A DNA stretch of 64,000 bases, taken from NCBI GenBank assembly GCA_039177115.1, contig JBCDFZ010000003.1, forward strand, positions 18,564 to 82,563. Direction: 5' to 3'. Below, piece by piece: positions 45,779 through 54,914 of this stretch (within the stretch, counting starts at the first letter, position 1; each line of letters starts with the position of its first letter). The notes beneath the pieces are model-generated. The model ran no database searches. It was not told the origin of the DNA and saw nothing but the letters and a program-made list of their open reading frames with translations. The translations under genes were made by a program, and so were the position numbers. This DNA is from Myxococcota bacterium. GTDB taxonomy: Bacteria; Myxococcota_A; Polyangia; Polyangiales; Houyiibacteriaceae.

Positions 45779-47422
45779 ATGAAGTTTGGCGAGGTCGACA
45801 TCGGGCGGAGTGGCCTCGAGGGCGCGATCCTCGCCCATACGCTCAGGCTCGGCAACGGCGCAGGCGCGATCAAGAAAGGTGTCAGGCTCCAAACGGGCGA
45901 CCTCGAGCGGCTCCGACAGGCGGGTTATGAACGCATCACGGTTGCGACGCTCGAGGCCGGAGATGTTCACGAAGACGCGGCTGCGACTTCCCTAGGCGCG
46001 CGCTTCGTCGACCCGACGCTCGAGTCGTCGTCGGTCAGGACGGGACGCTGCAATCTCCACGCGACCGTCCATGGGCTCGTCGCGGTCGACCGGGCCCGGG
46101 TGGACTCCGCCAACCAAGTGTCGGAGGGCATCACGATCGCCACACTCGACGAAAGTACCCTGGTGTCGCCCGGCGACATGGTCGCCACCATCAAGATCAT
46201 CCCGTTCTCCGTGCCAGAGACCGCACTCCGCCGCTGTGAGGAAGCGCTAGGCGAGTGTGCGCTCCGCGTGGATGAGCTCAACCGGTTCGACGCCGGTCTG
46301 GTGTTGACGGAGCTCCCAGGCGTCAACGCGGGTCTGCTCGAACGCGCAAGCCGGGCACAGCGCGCACGACTCGACATGCTTGGGTCGTCGGTTCGTCGAG
46401 AGATTCGCTGCGCGCACTCGGTCGACGCGGTGGGACGCGCGATTGCAACGCTAAAGGAAGAGGGGTGCGATCCGATTCTGCTTCTCGGCGCGTCCGCCAT
46501 CGTGGATCGGGGCGATGTCATCCCTGCCGCGCTCGAGCGGGTAGGCGGGCACGTCGTACACCTCGGAATGCCGGTCGATCCCGGCAACCTGCTCATGGTT
46601 GGGCGCTTTCAGGACACTTCCGTCTTCGGGCTTCCGGGGTGCGCGCGATCGCTCAGCCCGAGTGGCTTCGACCACGTGCTGCGACATTTCTTCGTGGGGA
46701 ACTCAGTCGACTCGGCGTGGGTGAGCAGCCTCGGCGTGGGCGGACTGTTGAAAGAAACCAAGGAGCGACCGATGCCCCGAAACCTCGGCGGCACCCGTGC
46801 GGGCACCCCCTCGGTAGCCGCCATCGTGTTGGCGGCGGGCTCCTCGAAGCGCATGGGCGATACGAACAAGCTCACGGTGCCCATCGAAGGGGTGCCCATG
46901 GTCGCGCGGGTCGTCGATGCACTGCTGGCGAGCCGTGTGCGCCAGGTGCTCGTCGTGACAGGCCACGAACCGGAAGCGATCGCGAGCGCGCTCGGCGACC
47001 GAGAAGTCACGTTCGTGCACAACACGATGCACGAGGCGGGAATGGGCACCTCGGTGGCGGCAGGCTTCGAGGCAGTCTCAGACGAAGCGGATGGCGCACT
47101 CGTGGCGCTCGGAGACATGCCGTGGATCGATCCGGGCGTGGTGAACCGGCTCATCGAGTCGCTCAGCCCCGACGGTGACTTGAGCATCTACGTGCCGATG
47201 TTCGGCCGGAAACGTGGGAACCCGGTGCTCTTCGGCGCGCGCCACTTTCCCGAGCTTCGCCGCCTCGGGGGCGATGTGGGCGGCAAGGTGCTGTTCCATC
47301 GGCACAGCGAAGCGATCTGCTACGTCGACGTCACGAGCGCCGCGGTGAACATCGACATCGACACCCCCGAGGCGCTCGAAGAACTGGGAATCGACGTGCG
47401 AAACGAGACGGACCCCCCGTGA
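45779..47422 (+). CDS. Fusion protein: molybdopterin-binding (MoeA/CinA-like) domain plus MocA/MobA-like nucleotidyltransferase (probable molybdenum cofactor cytidylyltransferase)
   Basis: The C-terminal half (VAAIVLAAGSSKRMG..NKL...GDMPWI) is the MobA/MocA signature. The N-terminal ~340 aa end in PVDPGNLLMVGR...VFGLPGCARS, a MoCF-binding domain. Confidence 0.7.
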   Translation: MKFGEVDIGRSGLEGAILAHTLRLGNGAGAIKKGVRLQTGDLERLRQAGYERITVATLEAGDVHEDAAATSLGARFVDPTLESSSVRTGRCNLHATVHGLVAVDRARVDSANQVSEGITIATLDESTLVSPGDMVATIKIIPFSVPETALRRCEEALGECALRVDELNRFDAGLVLTELPGVNAGLLERASRAQRARLDMLGSSVRREIRCAHSVDAVGRAIATLKEEGCDPILLLGASAIVDRGDVIPAALERVGGHVVHLGMPVDPGNLLMVGRFQDTSVFGLPGCARSLSPSGFDHVLRHFFVGNSVDSAWVSSLGVGGLLKETKERPMPRNLGGTRAGTPSVAAIVLAAGSSKRMGDTNKLTVPIEGVPMVARVVDALLASRVRQVLVVTGHEPEAIASALGDREVTFVHNTMHEAGMGTSVAAGFEAVSDEADGALVALGDMPWIDPGVVNRLIESLSPDGDLSIYVPMFGRKRGNPVLFGARHFPELRRLGGDVGGKVLFHRHSEAICYVDVTSAAVNIDIDTPEALEELGIDVRNETDPP

Positions 47423-47448
47423 GGGTTTTCGCCACGTCCACGGCAGGA

Positions 47449-47454
47449 TAGAGT
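47449..47454 (+). promoter_or_regulatory. -10-like TAGAGT, 6 nt upstream of ATG 47461
   Basis: caggaTAGAGTtcggagATG. Confidence 0.35.
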
Positions 47455-47460
47455 TCGGAG

Positions 47461-48699
47461 ATGCGTTCGCCGATTGGCTGGTTGTGGCGCATGGCGCTGG
47501 CGCTTTCGGCATTCGGCCTCGCGCTCTACGCGTTCCGGGATGGCGTCGTCGTCTCGGACCGTCCCAACGTGGTCGGCGCGGGGGTGCTGACGCACATCTA
47601 CTATTCGCTCGGCCTGTTCGTACTCGGAGGCCTCGACCTCGGGGTCCCCACGGCGGGCCCAGCGGGAGCCCGCACGGCGCTGTGGGCGGCGTACTTCCTC
47701 GCCCCGCTCGTCACGGCGGGAGTCGTCATCGAGAGCGCTCTGCGCCTGATGAAGCCCGGATGGCTACAGCGTCAGAACCTCAAGGACCACATCGTGGTCG
47801 TCGGTGTCGGAAACCTCGGCGAGCTCTTCCTCGAGAGTCTCTACGGCAACGACCCCAAGCGAAAAGTGCTCCTGGTCGACACGCAGGAGAGCCAGCGCCT
47901 GCTCGACAAGGCGAGGAATCAGTACGGGACGCCCTACGTTTGCGCCGACATACGCACGCGCACGACGCTTGACACCCTCTCCCTCAACAGAGCGCGAGGG
48001 CTCGCGCTTCTCACAGGAGACGACCTGGTGAACCTCGAGGCGGCTTGGGCGGCGCTGGCACTGGCCCCGGGACTCCCGATCGTCACCCACATCGACGACA
48101 TGCCGATGAAGCGCGAGATGGACGAGCTGATGGGCGATAGCGACGGGCAGCGTGTCCAAGCGTTCAACATGCACCACATCGCCGCGGACCGACTCTACGA
48201 GCATCATCTCGCACGCCGTTTCCGAGAAACTGTGGGACAGGACGTGGTGGTCCTGGTTGGCTTCGGCCGATTCGGTCAGACCATGCTCGATCACCTGCGA
48301 AAGGAAGCGGTCGGCGAACTCGAAAGAGTCGTCATCGTCGACCCGCGAGCAAGGAACGCAATGGCCGCACTCTCTTTGCAAACCAAAGAAGCCACGTTTC
48401 CCATCAGCGTGATCGACGGAGACGCCCAAGATCCCGCGGTGTGGGACCAGCTCGACGATCTGCTCAAAGAGGTATCGGACCCGCCGGTGTTCATCTTGGG
48501 AACCAACAGCGACACTCTCAACCTTCGCGGGGCCATGCTGCTACGAAAACGGTCGCGCAACCTGGAGATCTTCGTGCGGTGCTTCCGAGAATCGCACTTC
48601 ACGACGCAACTCGCACAGCACTATCGCTTCCATGTGATGGCCCTCGAGCAGATGATGCAGGAGGCCCTCAAGGAGCAGCAGCGCAAGTGGTTCTCCTAG
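47461..48699 (+). CDS. Membrane protein with two TrkA-N/RCK-type Rossmann domains
   Basis: About 100 aa N-terminal with 3 hydrophobic helices, then IVVVGVGNLGELF and VVVLVGFGRFGQTM dinucleotide folds. No TVGYG-type selectivity filter is visible. Confidence 0.6.
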   Translation: MRSPIGWLWRMALALSAFGLALYAFRDGVVVSDRPNVVGAGVLTHIYYSLGLFVLGGLDLGVPTAGPAGARTALWAAYFLAPLVTAGVVIESALRLMKPGWLQRQNLKDHIVVVGVGNLGELFLESLYGNDPKRKVLLVDTQESQRLLDKARNQYGTPYVCADIRTRTTLDTLSLNRARGLALLTGDDLVNLEAAWAALALAPGLPIVTHIDDMPMKREMDELMGDSDGQRVQAFNMHHIAADRLYEHHLARRFRETVGQDVVVLVGFGRFGQTMLDHLRKEAVGELERVVIVDPRARNAMAALSLQTKEATFPISVIDGDAQDPAVWDQLDDLLKEVSDPPVFILGTNSDTLNLRGAMLLRKRSRNLEIFVRCFRESHFTTQLAQHYRFHVMALEQMMQEALKEQQRKWFS

Positions 48700-48709
48700 A
48701 GGTCTCGGT

Positions 48710-49336
48710 CTACGAGTCCCCTAGCAGCATGCGGAGCTGCGTTTTCCAGCGGTTCACGAGGCCTTTGTAGTGGGAATCGTTCTGACGGAAGATGCGCTCC
48801 ATGGCGAGGCCGCGCATGAAGTAGAGCGTCATCTCGATGGCGATTTTGGCGTCGCGATCGGTGCGGCCGACCAAGCCTTGAAATCCCTTCTGAATGCTGA
48901 GGCCTAGGCCGCGCTCGAACCGCTCGAGCTTCTCCCTGAGGTCGGCGTCGGTTCGGGCCGCCACCATGAGCTCGATCACGGCCCAATAGAGAGGGTCGGA
49001 GAACATTTCCCAGAGCATGTCGACCATGGTGTCGATCGGTTCCCCGCCCTCGGCGATCCGGGCTTTGATCTCGACCTCGAACTCCTTTCCCCGCTCGCGG
49101 GTCAGGTGCTCCGTCGCAGCGATGAGCAGGTCGGCCCGGCTCGGAAAATGATGGAGCTGGGCTCCACGTGACATCCCTGCGCGCTCACCGACCTCGACCG
49201 TCGTGGTTCCGGGGTAGCCCTTCTCGATCAGGCTTTCGATCGTCGCGTCGAGAAGCTTAGTCCGGGTAATCCGGCGCCGCTCCGCCTGCGGCACGCGGGC
49301 ACGCTTTGAAGCTGCGCCGGTTCCCGTGTTCTTCAC
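48710..49336 (-). CDS. TetR family transcriptional regulator (last gene of the MFE-2/thiolase operon)
   Basis: ORF 48710..49477, trimmed to GTG 49336 (GAGGAG SD). HTH: TKLLDATIESLIEKGYPGTTTVEVGERAGMSRGAQLHHF. Confidence 0.8.
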   Translation of the reverse strand: MKNTGTGAASKRARVPQAERRRITRTKLLDATIESLIEKGYPGTTTVEVGERAGMSRGAQLHHFPSRADLLIAATEHLTRERGKEFEVEIKARIAEGGEPIDTMVDMLWEMFSDPLYWAVIELMVAARTDADLREKLERFERGLGLSIQKGFQGLVGRTDRDAKIAIEMTLYFMRGLAMERIFRQNDSHYKGLVNRWKTQLRMLLGDS

Positions 49337-49347
49337 TCGCGTTCTCC

Positions 49348-50529
49348 TCAGTCGCGCCGATACATCGTGACGACCGCGGCGCCGCCGAGACCGAGGTTGT
49401 GTTGCAACGCGACCCGCGCGCCCTCTACCTGCCGGTCCTCGGCCTGCCCACGAAGATGCCAGACGAGCTCCGTGCACTGAGCGAGCCCGGTCGCACCAAG
49501 CGGGTGCCCCTTGGAGAGCAAGCCTCCGCTCGGGTTCGTGACGAACCTGCCGCCGTAGGTGTTGTCGCCCTCCTCGATGAACTTCTCGGCCTCGCCTTCC
49601 TTGCAGAGCCCGAGCGCCTCGTAGGTGAGAACTTCGTTGGTGGTGAAGCAGTCGTGCAGCTCGACCACGTCGACGTCTTCCGGGCCGACGCCGGCCTCCT
49701 CGTAGACGGCGTCGGCGGCGTTCTTCGCCATGTCGAAGCCAACCATCTTGATCATCGAATCGCCGAAGCTCGACTCGTAGTCGGTCCGCATGGTCTGACC
49801 TGCGATGTACACCGGGTTGGTCACTCCCTTTTTCTTGGCGAATTCATCGGAGCAGAGGATCGCCGCAGCCGCACCGCACGTCGGCGGACAGCACTGATAG
49901 CGGGTGAGCGGATCGAACACTTCGGGCGAAGCGAGGATCTCTTCAACGCTCAAAAGGTCGCGGAAAAGCGCGTAAGGGTTCTTCGCTGCGTGCTGTCGCG
50001 CCTTGGCATTCACCTTGGCGAAGGTCTCTCGCTTCGTCCCGTAGCGCCATCGGTACTCGCGTCCGGCGCCCCCGAACATCTGCGCCGCCGGGGGTGCTCC
50101 GGTGAAGCCCTGGGACTCGTTCATCACGTTCACGTGGAGGCTGAGCGGGTTCGGTCGATCGTTCCACGCGCTCCCGAGCGCACCCTTCTGCATCTGCTCG
50201 AAACCGACGGCGAGGGCGCACTCGACGATGCCGCCTTCGACCATCTGCTTGGCAAGCATCAGCGCGCTCGAACCGGTCGAGCAGTTGTTGTTGACGTTGT
50301 AAACCGGGATCCCGGTAAGCCCGACGTCGTAAACCGCGCGCTGACCACAGGTGCTGTCACCGTAGACGTAGCCTGCGACTGCCTGTTCGACGTCTTCGAA
50401 GTCGACGCTTCCGTCCGCCAGTGCCGCCTTGATGGCCTTGGCTGCCATCACGTTGTAGTCCTCGCTCTGCCCCGGCTTGGCGAATGGCACCATGCCGACT
50501 CCGATTACGTTTACCTTGCGTCCCATCAT
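49348..50529 (-). CDS. SCPx-type (nonspecific lipid-transfer protein) 3-ketoacyl-CoA thiolase
   Basis: MMGRKVNVIGVGMVPFAKPG...NVNNNCSTGSSAL (active-site Cys) ...HDCFT...GHPLGATG. SCP2-thiolase subfamily pattern. AAGGAG SD. Confidence 0.8.
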   Translation of the reverse strand: MMGRKVNVIGVGMVPFAKPGQSEDYNVMAAKAIKAALADGSVDFEDVEQAVAGYVYGDSTCGQRAVYDVGLTGIPVYNVNNNCSTGSSALMLAKQMVEGGIVECALAVGFEQMQKGALGSAWNDRPNPLSLHVNVMNESQGFTGAPPAAQMFGGAGREYRWRYGTKRETFAKVNAKARQHAAKNPYALFRDLLSVEEILASPEVFDPLTRYQCCPPTCGAAAAILCSDEFAKKKGVTNPVYIAGQTMRTDYESSFGDSMIKMVGFDMAKNAADAVYEEAGVGPEDVDVVELHDCFTTNEVLTYEALGLCKEGEAEKFIEEGDNTYGGRFVTNPSGGLLSKGHPLGATGLAQCTELVWHLRGQAEDRQVEGARVALQHNLGLGGAAVVTMYRRD

Positions 50530-50551
50530 TGCTCCTTGTCGCGTCGCGAGT

Positions 50552-53146
50552 TTAGATCAGGCCCTTTAGAAGAGTGAGTCGATGTGCGGGCTGGATGTCC
50601 CCATCCACACGTAGCTTGCCCTGTTGGTAGAGCGCCTGCGGGTCTGCGTCACCGCGGGCCAGCGAAGCCAGGTCGGCGTCGTCGAGGATCAGCGTCGTCG
50701 TCGCTCCGTCGGTTTCGCCGGTCTTGTAGGCGGGCGGGTCGTTCTTGAGGTCGACCACCCACTTCGTGTCGGGGTCGCGCACGTAGAACTGAAGTACAGC
50801 GCCGACCTCGGCCGCGAGGCCCGGCTGCTCACCGAGTCGCTTTCCGAGCGCCTCGAACACCTTCGCCGCGACCGGTTCCTTCGACGCCGCCTTCGGCGCC
50901 GGAGCCGCCGCCTGGTTCGAGGCCCCGCCCGCGCGCGCAGCCGCCTTTTCCATCACCAGGTCGAACGACATGTCGCCGAGCGCCTCGAGCTTGCTCGTCG
51001 CCATCATGTCGCCGCTCACCTTCAGCTTTCCGCTTCCGAAGAGCTTCATCGGATCGGCCTCGCCCTTTTGGAGCGCGATGTAGTTCTCCTCCGAGAGTTC
51101 CAGCGTGCAGTCCGGCTTCGCCGTCTCGCCTGCGCCCGCGTTCCCGGCCTTCAGATCGATCGTCCAGAGGCTCTCCGGGTCGGTCAGCTTGATCTGAAAC
51201 ACCGTCTGCGCCTTCTCGGCGATACCCGGGTTCTCGCTCAGGTACTCGTTGACAGCGGCCATGATGTCCGCCGACGTGGGTTCGACGGGCGCCGCGGCAC
51301 CCGGGGTGGCGGCCGGTTTCTTCTCTTTGGGCTTCGGAAGCTCTTCGAAGAACCCGATGGCGGCGTTGGAAATCACGACGGAGTCACGGTCCTTGACCTT
51401 GCATTGGAAGACGATTCGCTGGTCGGACTCCTTCCACATCTCCGTGATCAGAGTTTCGCCAGGAAAAACGTTGTCGGCGAACCGCACCTGGATGCTCTTG
51501 AAGAAGTCGGGGTTCCCGTCCGGGGCGAAGTTCTCGATCACCCGTCGGCCGGCGTACCCAAACGTGCAGAGGCCGTGGAGAATGGGCTTCTCGAAACCAA
51601 AGGCCTTGGCGAAGCTAGGATCCGCGTGAAGCGGGTTCCAGTCGCCGCTCAGTCGATAGAGGAGCGCTTGATTCGTCGGAATGATGTCTTCCGCGACGAC
51701 GTCCGGTTTCCGATCCGGAGCGACGTTCTGGGGCTCGGTCGGACCTCGGTCGCCGCCCCATCCGCCAGCCCCCCGAATGAAGGCCGTCATGTCGTTCTTG
51801 ATGAGAAGGTCGCCGTCCTCGTCGTACGAGTTGACCTGCGTGACCACGAGCGCGCCTTTGCCCTTGTCGTAGATCCGGTCGACGTGCGCGCGATGAGTCA
51901 GCGTCGCGTGAGTGGGGAGGGGCCGAACGAGCTCCGTGTACTGCTCGCCGTGGAGCAGACGGTCGAGGCCGTAGTTGAGGCCGGGCGCGTTCTTGCCCTC
52001 TTTAGCCAACGTGAGAACCGCGTTGATGCAGGGGATCACGCCGTATGTGGGGAGTGCCTTCATTCCGCTCGATGCGCCTTCGTACACGTATTGAAGGCTG
52101 TTTTCGTCGTTAGGGTCCTTTCCGGCACCCACGCCGAGCGCATAGAGCGCCAAGTCTTTTTCGTCGTAGCTCGTCTTCGTCTCGGGCAGCTTGGCTCCGA
52201 GCGCCTGGTCGACGTCGATGAACTCGTTGCCGCCTTTCGAGGGCCCGGCCTCGACGTTCTTGATGATGGGGCCGAGCGACTCCATCAGGCTCGACACGTG
52301 CTCGGTCTCGCCGAAGTCGTTGATGTCCTTCCAGCCGTCGCGAAGGAGCTCGGGGGTCACCTCGCGGCCAAGCCGGTAGGTCTTGCCGAGGGTCCGCTCC
52401 CAGCGAAGGCTCGAGTAGAAGCCTCCGCCGACCTCGAACACGCCGCCGGTGGTGTCGTTCTCTTCGCTGCAGAGGTAGGCCACGAGCGGCGAGACGTACT
52501 CGGGCTTGAGTGAGTCGAAGACAGCCGGGGGCAGAAGCCCATCGGTCAGACGAGAAGCGGCGAACGGCGCAATCGTGTTCACCAGAATGTTCTTGCGCTG
52601 GCCCTCGAGCGAAAGCGTGTTCGCAAAGCCGACGAGGCTGAGCTTGGCCGACCCATAGTTGGTTTGGCCGAAGTTGCCGTAGATGCCGGCCGAAGACGTC
52701 GTGAAGAGCACCCGGCCGTAGCCCTGCTCGTTCATGATGGGCCAGGCCGCTTTGGTCACTTTGTAAGCGCCGTAGTTGTGGACACGGAAGATGATGTCCC
52801 AGTCGCCGTCGGTCATGTTCTTGAACGACTTGTCGCGAAGGATGCCCGCGTTGTTGATGACGATGTCGACACGGCCGAACGCGTCCATCGCGGTTTTCAC
52901 GATGGCGTCGCCGTCTTCGACCGAGTCGTAGTTGGCGACCGCCTCACCGCCGGCCTTCTTGATCTCCTCGACCACGAGATCCGCCGACTCCGACGACTTC
53001 CCCTCGCCGTCCGTGGAGCCGCCGAGATCGTTGACGACGACCTTCGCCCCGCGGGATGCCAGCAACAGCGCGTGCGATCGACCAAGGCCCTGGCCTGCGC
53101 CGGTAACGATCGCAACGCGACCTTCAAAGCTCAGTTCTTTGCTCAT
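50552..53146 (-). CDS. Multifunctional enzyme type 2-like protein: SDR (3R-hydroxyacyl-CoA dehydrogenase), MaoC hydratase-2 and two tandem SCP2 domains
   Basis: 864 aa. The SDR N-terminus (GRVAIVTGAGQGLGRSHALLLASRGAKVVVNDLGG...YGSAK) closely resembles animal HSD17B4 as I recall it. A hot-dog hydratase region lies in the middle. Two SCP2-like repeats end in ...KLFGSGKLKVSGDMM and ...ALYQQGKLRVDGDIQ. Confidence 0.85.
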   Translation of the reverse strand: MSKELSFEGRVAIVTGAGQGLGRSHALLLASRGAKVVVNDLGGSTDGEGKSSESADLVVEEIKKAGGEAVANYDSVEDGDAIVKTAMDAFGRVDIVINNAGILRDKSFKNMTDGDWDIIFRVHNYGAYKVTKAAWPIMNEQGYGRVLFTTSSAGIYGNFGQTNYGSAKLSLVGFANTLSLEGQRKNILVNTIAPFAASRLTDGLLPPAVFDSLKPEYVSPLVAYLCSEENDTTGGVFEVGGGFYSSLRWERTLGKTYRLGREVTPELLRDGWKDINDFGETEHVSSLMESLGPIIKNVEAGPSKGGNEFIDVDQALGAKLPETKTSYDEKDLALYALGVGAGKDPNDENSLQYVYEGASSGMKALPTYGVIPCINAVLTLAKEGKNAPGLNYGLDRLLHGEQYTELVRPLPTHATLTHRAHVDRIYDKGKGALVVTQVNSYDEDGDLLIKNDMTAFIRGAGGWGGDRGPTEPQNVAPDRKPDVVAEDIIPTNQALLYRLSGDWNPLHADPSFAKAFGFEKPILHGLCTFGYAGRRVIENFAPDGNPDFFKSIQVRFADNVFPGETLITEMWKESDQRIVFQCKVKDRDSVVISNAAIGFFEELPKPKEKKPAATPGAAAPVEPTSADIMAAVNEYLSENPGIAEKAQTVFQIKLTDPESLWTIDLKAGNAGAGETAKPDCTLELSEENYIALQKGEADPMKLFGSGKLKVSGDMMATSKLEALGDMSFDLVMEKAAARAGGASNQAAAPAPKAASKEPVAAKVFEALGKRLGEQPGLAAEVGAVLQFYVRDPDTKWVVDLKNDPPAYKTGETDGATTTLILDDADLASLARGDADPQALYQQGKLRVDGDIQPAHRLTLLKGLI

Positions 53147-53179
53147 AATTCCTCGGCTCCAAAAACAATCAGAGCTGAC

Positions 53180-53207
53180 GGTTTATGCCATTCCCGCCCG
53201 CTGTCAA
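53180..53207 (-). promoter_or_regulatory. Sigma70-like promoter candidate TTGACA-N16-TAAACC upstream of the MFE-2 operon
   Basis: The minus strand has TTGACA at 53207..53202 and TAAACC at 53185..53180. An imperfect inverted repeat (cTGACGG ... CTGTCA) overlaps both elements and is a possible TetR operator. Confidence 0.35.
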
Positions 53208-53316
53208 TGCAGGTCGAGGCAGGGAGAACGCAGGCCCCCGTTTTCGCCTGTGATTCCCAGTCGCGGGCCTCGGCTGCACGCACGGCGGGCCCGCTACGAT
53301 CCGTCGTCCGAGGTCG

Positions 53317-53820
53317 TCAGCCGGTCGATTCGTCGTCGTCCGAGTGCGCGAGGCTGCGAAACTTCGCGAGCCGGTCGGGAAACAGGAGCGGAAGCGGACC
53401 ATCGTGCCGCGGGAGCGGTTTACCGTGGAGGACGCCGAGCGCGCGGCTCAGCTCGACCGCCTCGTACCCGCGCGTTGCGAACAGCCGCATCTCCTCGTCG
53501 TTGAGCGTGAGAATCCAATCCGTGAGCCCCAGCTGGCTTAGGCCGCGCTGCCGCCTGAGCTCGTTGACCACGTGCACCGGGTCGGTCGGATCCCATCGAT
53601 GAAGGTCGAGCGCGTCGAGGATTGCAATGTAGAGCGGCATGGAGGGCCACGTGATGCCCCGCTCTATCTGAGAGACCTGCGACTTGGAAACTCCGAGGCG
53701 CTTCGCCAGCTCGTCCTGGGTGATCCGCCGCTCTTTTCGCACCCGTTTCAAGAACGAACCGAGGTTCTTGAGCTGCGAAGCACGATGCTGCTTGACGTCT
53801 TTTTCCTTGGGGTCCGCCAC
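53317..53820 (-). CDS. XRE-family helix-turn-helix protein with a C-terminal domain of unknown function
   Basis: ORF 53317..54282, trimmed to GTG 53820 to clear the upstream LLM gene. HTH: LKRVRKERRITQDELAKRLGVSKSQVSQIERG. Confidence 0.6.
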   Translation of the reverse strand: MADPKEKDVKQHRASQLKNLGSFLKRVRKERRITQDELAKRLGVSKSQVSQIERGITWPSMPLYIAILDALDLHRWDPTDPVHVVNELRRQRGLSQLGLTDWILTLNDEEMRLFATRGYEAVELSRALGVLHGKPLPRHDGPLPLLFPDRLAKFRSLAHSDDDESTG

Positions 53821-53827
53821 GCTCGTC

Positions 53828-54865
53828 TCAGCTCGTCGCCCGAACGACGCCTCCATTGCGAAGATCGAGACCGTCGAGACAGCCAGCGATGTCTTTGTAG
53901 ACGGTGAGAGCGCCAGCCGGATCGGAGATCGGGTTGATGATGCAAACATCGACGCCTGCTTCCGCGTAGGCACGGACCCGGCTCCGTACCTGGTCGATAG
54001 GCCCAGTGACGGCCATCGCATCGCAGAGCGCGTCCGTGACGCCCGCGGCGACTCCAGCTCTGTCTTTCTTGGCAAAGGCCTCTCGGATCTGCTTCGCCTG
54101 ATCCGGGAATCCAATCCATTCGAAGCACTTGTTATAACCGGGGGTCGCGGCGTACGCGCCAAACACGTTTCGAACGATGCCGCGGCCGATTGCAGGATCG
54201 GCCACGACGCAGTGCAGCCGCGCCACGACCTCGAGCTCTCCCGGGTCGCGCCCGGCCTCCTCGGCGCCGGCACGCACTTCACTGAGCACCTGCGAAACCG
54301 CGGACTCGGGCACCATGTTCAAGCAAACGCCATCGCAGAGCGCGCCGGTCAGACGCAGCATCCCTGGGTTGAGTGCCCCGAGGTAGATTGGCACCTCTCC
54401 GACGATTGGGCCGCCCAGTCTGAAGCTCTTCGCTCGGAGAGTCTTCCCCTCGAACGACGTCTTTTTCCCGCTGAGCATCTCGCGAAGGATCTCGATGTGT
54501 TCTCGCATCCGCGTGAGCGGCTTGTCGTAGGGCTGGCCGCCCCAGTCGTGAACGATGGTCGGCGACGAAAGCCCCATGCCGAGGACGAAGTTGCCGTTCG
54601 TCATTTGATTGAGGCTCATGGCCGCCATCGCATGGGCCATGGGCGTCCGCGTTTGGGCAGGGACGACGGCCGTGCCAACGCGCATGCCTGGCGCGCCCGC
54701 CGCAACCGCGCCCAACAGGGCGTACGAATCACCGCCATTCACCTCGGCCGTCCAAACCTCCTCGTATCCCGCGTCTCTCGCCTCCTTCACCATCGCGATA
54801 GCGCCTGCCGCGCTCCCGATCGGCAGAGTGACCCCGAGGCGTACGTTCTTGGTGGCTCGTTCCAT
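53828..54865 (-). CDS. Luciferase-like monooxygenase (LLM) class, probably F420/flavin-dependent oxidoreductase
   Basis: ORF 53828..55030, trimmed to ATG 54865 (MERATKNVRLGVTLP...). TIM-barrel LLM pattern: EEVWTAEVNGGDSYALLGAVAA...LGMGLSSP. Confidence 0.75.
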   Translation of the reverse strand: MERATKNVRLGVTLPIGSAAGAIAMVKEARDAGYEEVWTAEVNGGDSYALLGAVAAGAPGMRVGTAVVPAQTRTPMAHAMAAMSLNQMTNGNFVLGMGLSSPTIVHDWGGQPYDKPLTRMREHIEILREMLSGKKTSFEGKTLRAKSFRLGGPIVGEVPIYLGALNPGMLRLTGALCDGVCLNMVPESAVSQVLSEVRAGAEEAGRDPGELEVVARLHCVVADPAIGRGIVRNVFGAYAATPGYNKCFEWIGFPDQAKQIREAFAKKDRAGVAAGVTDALCDAMAVTGPIDQVRSRVRAYAEAGVDVCIINPISDPAGALTVYKDIAGCLDGLDLRNGGVVRATS

Positions 54866-54914
54866 CGTGGGGAACCCTAGTCCAGTCGCGGGCGTTTGAG
54901 GAGGTGGCGCCGTG

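Noticed and set aside
50624-52513. 629-aa plus-strand ORF opposite the MFE-2 gene
   Set aside because: It is a shadow ORF. The minus-strand frame has unambiguous SDR, MaoC and SCP2 motifs.
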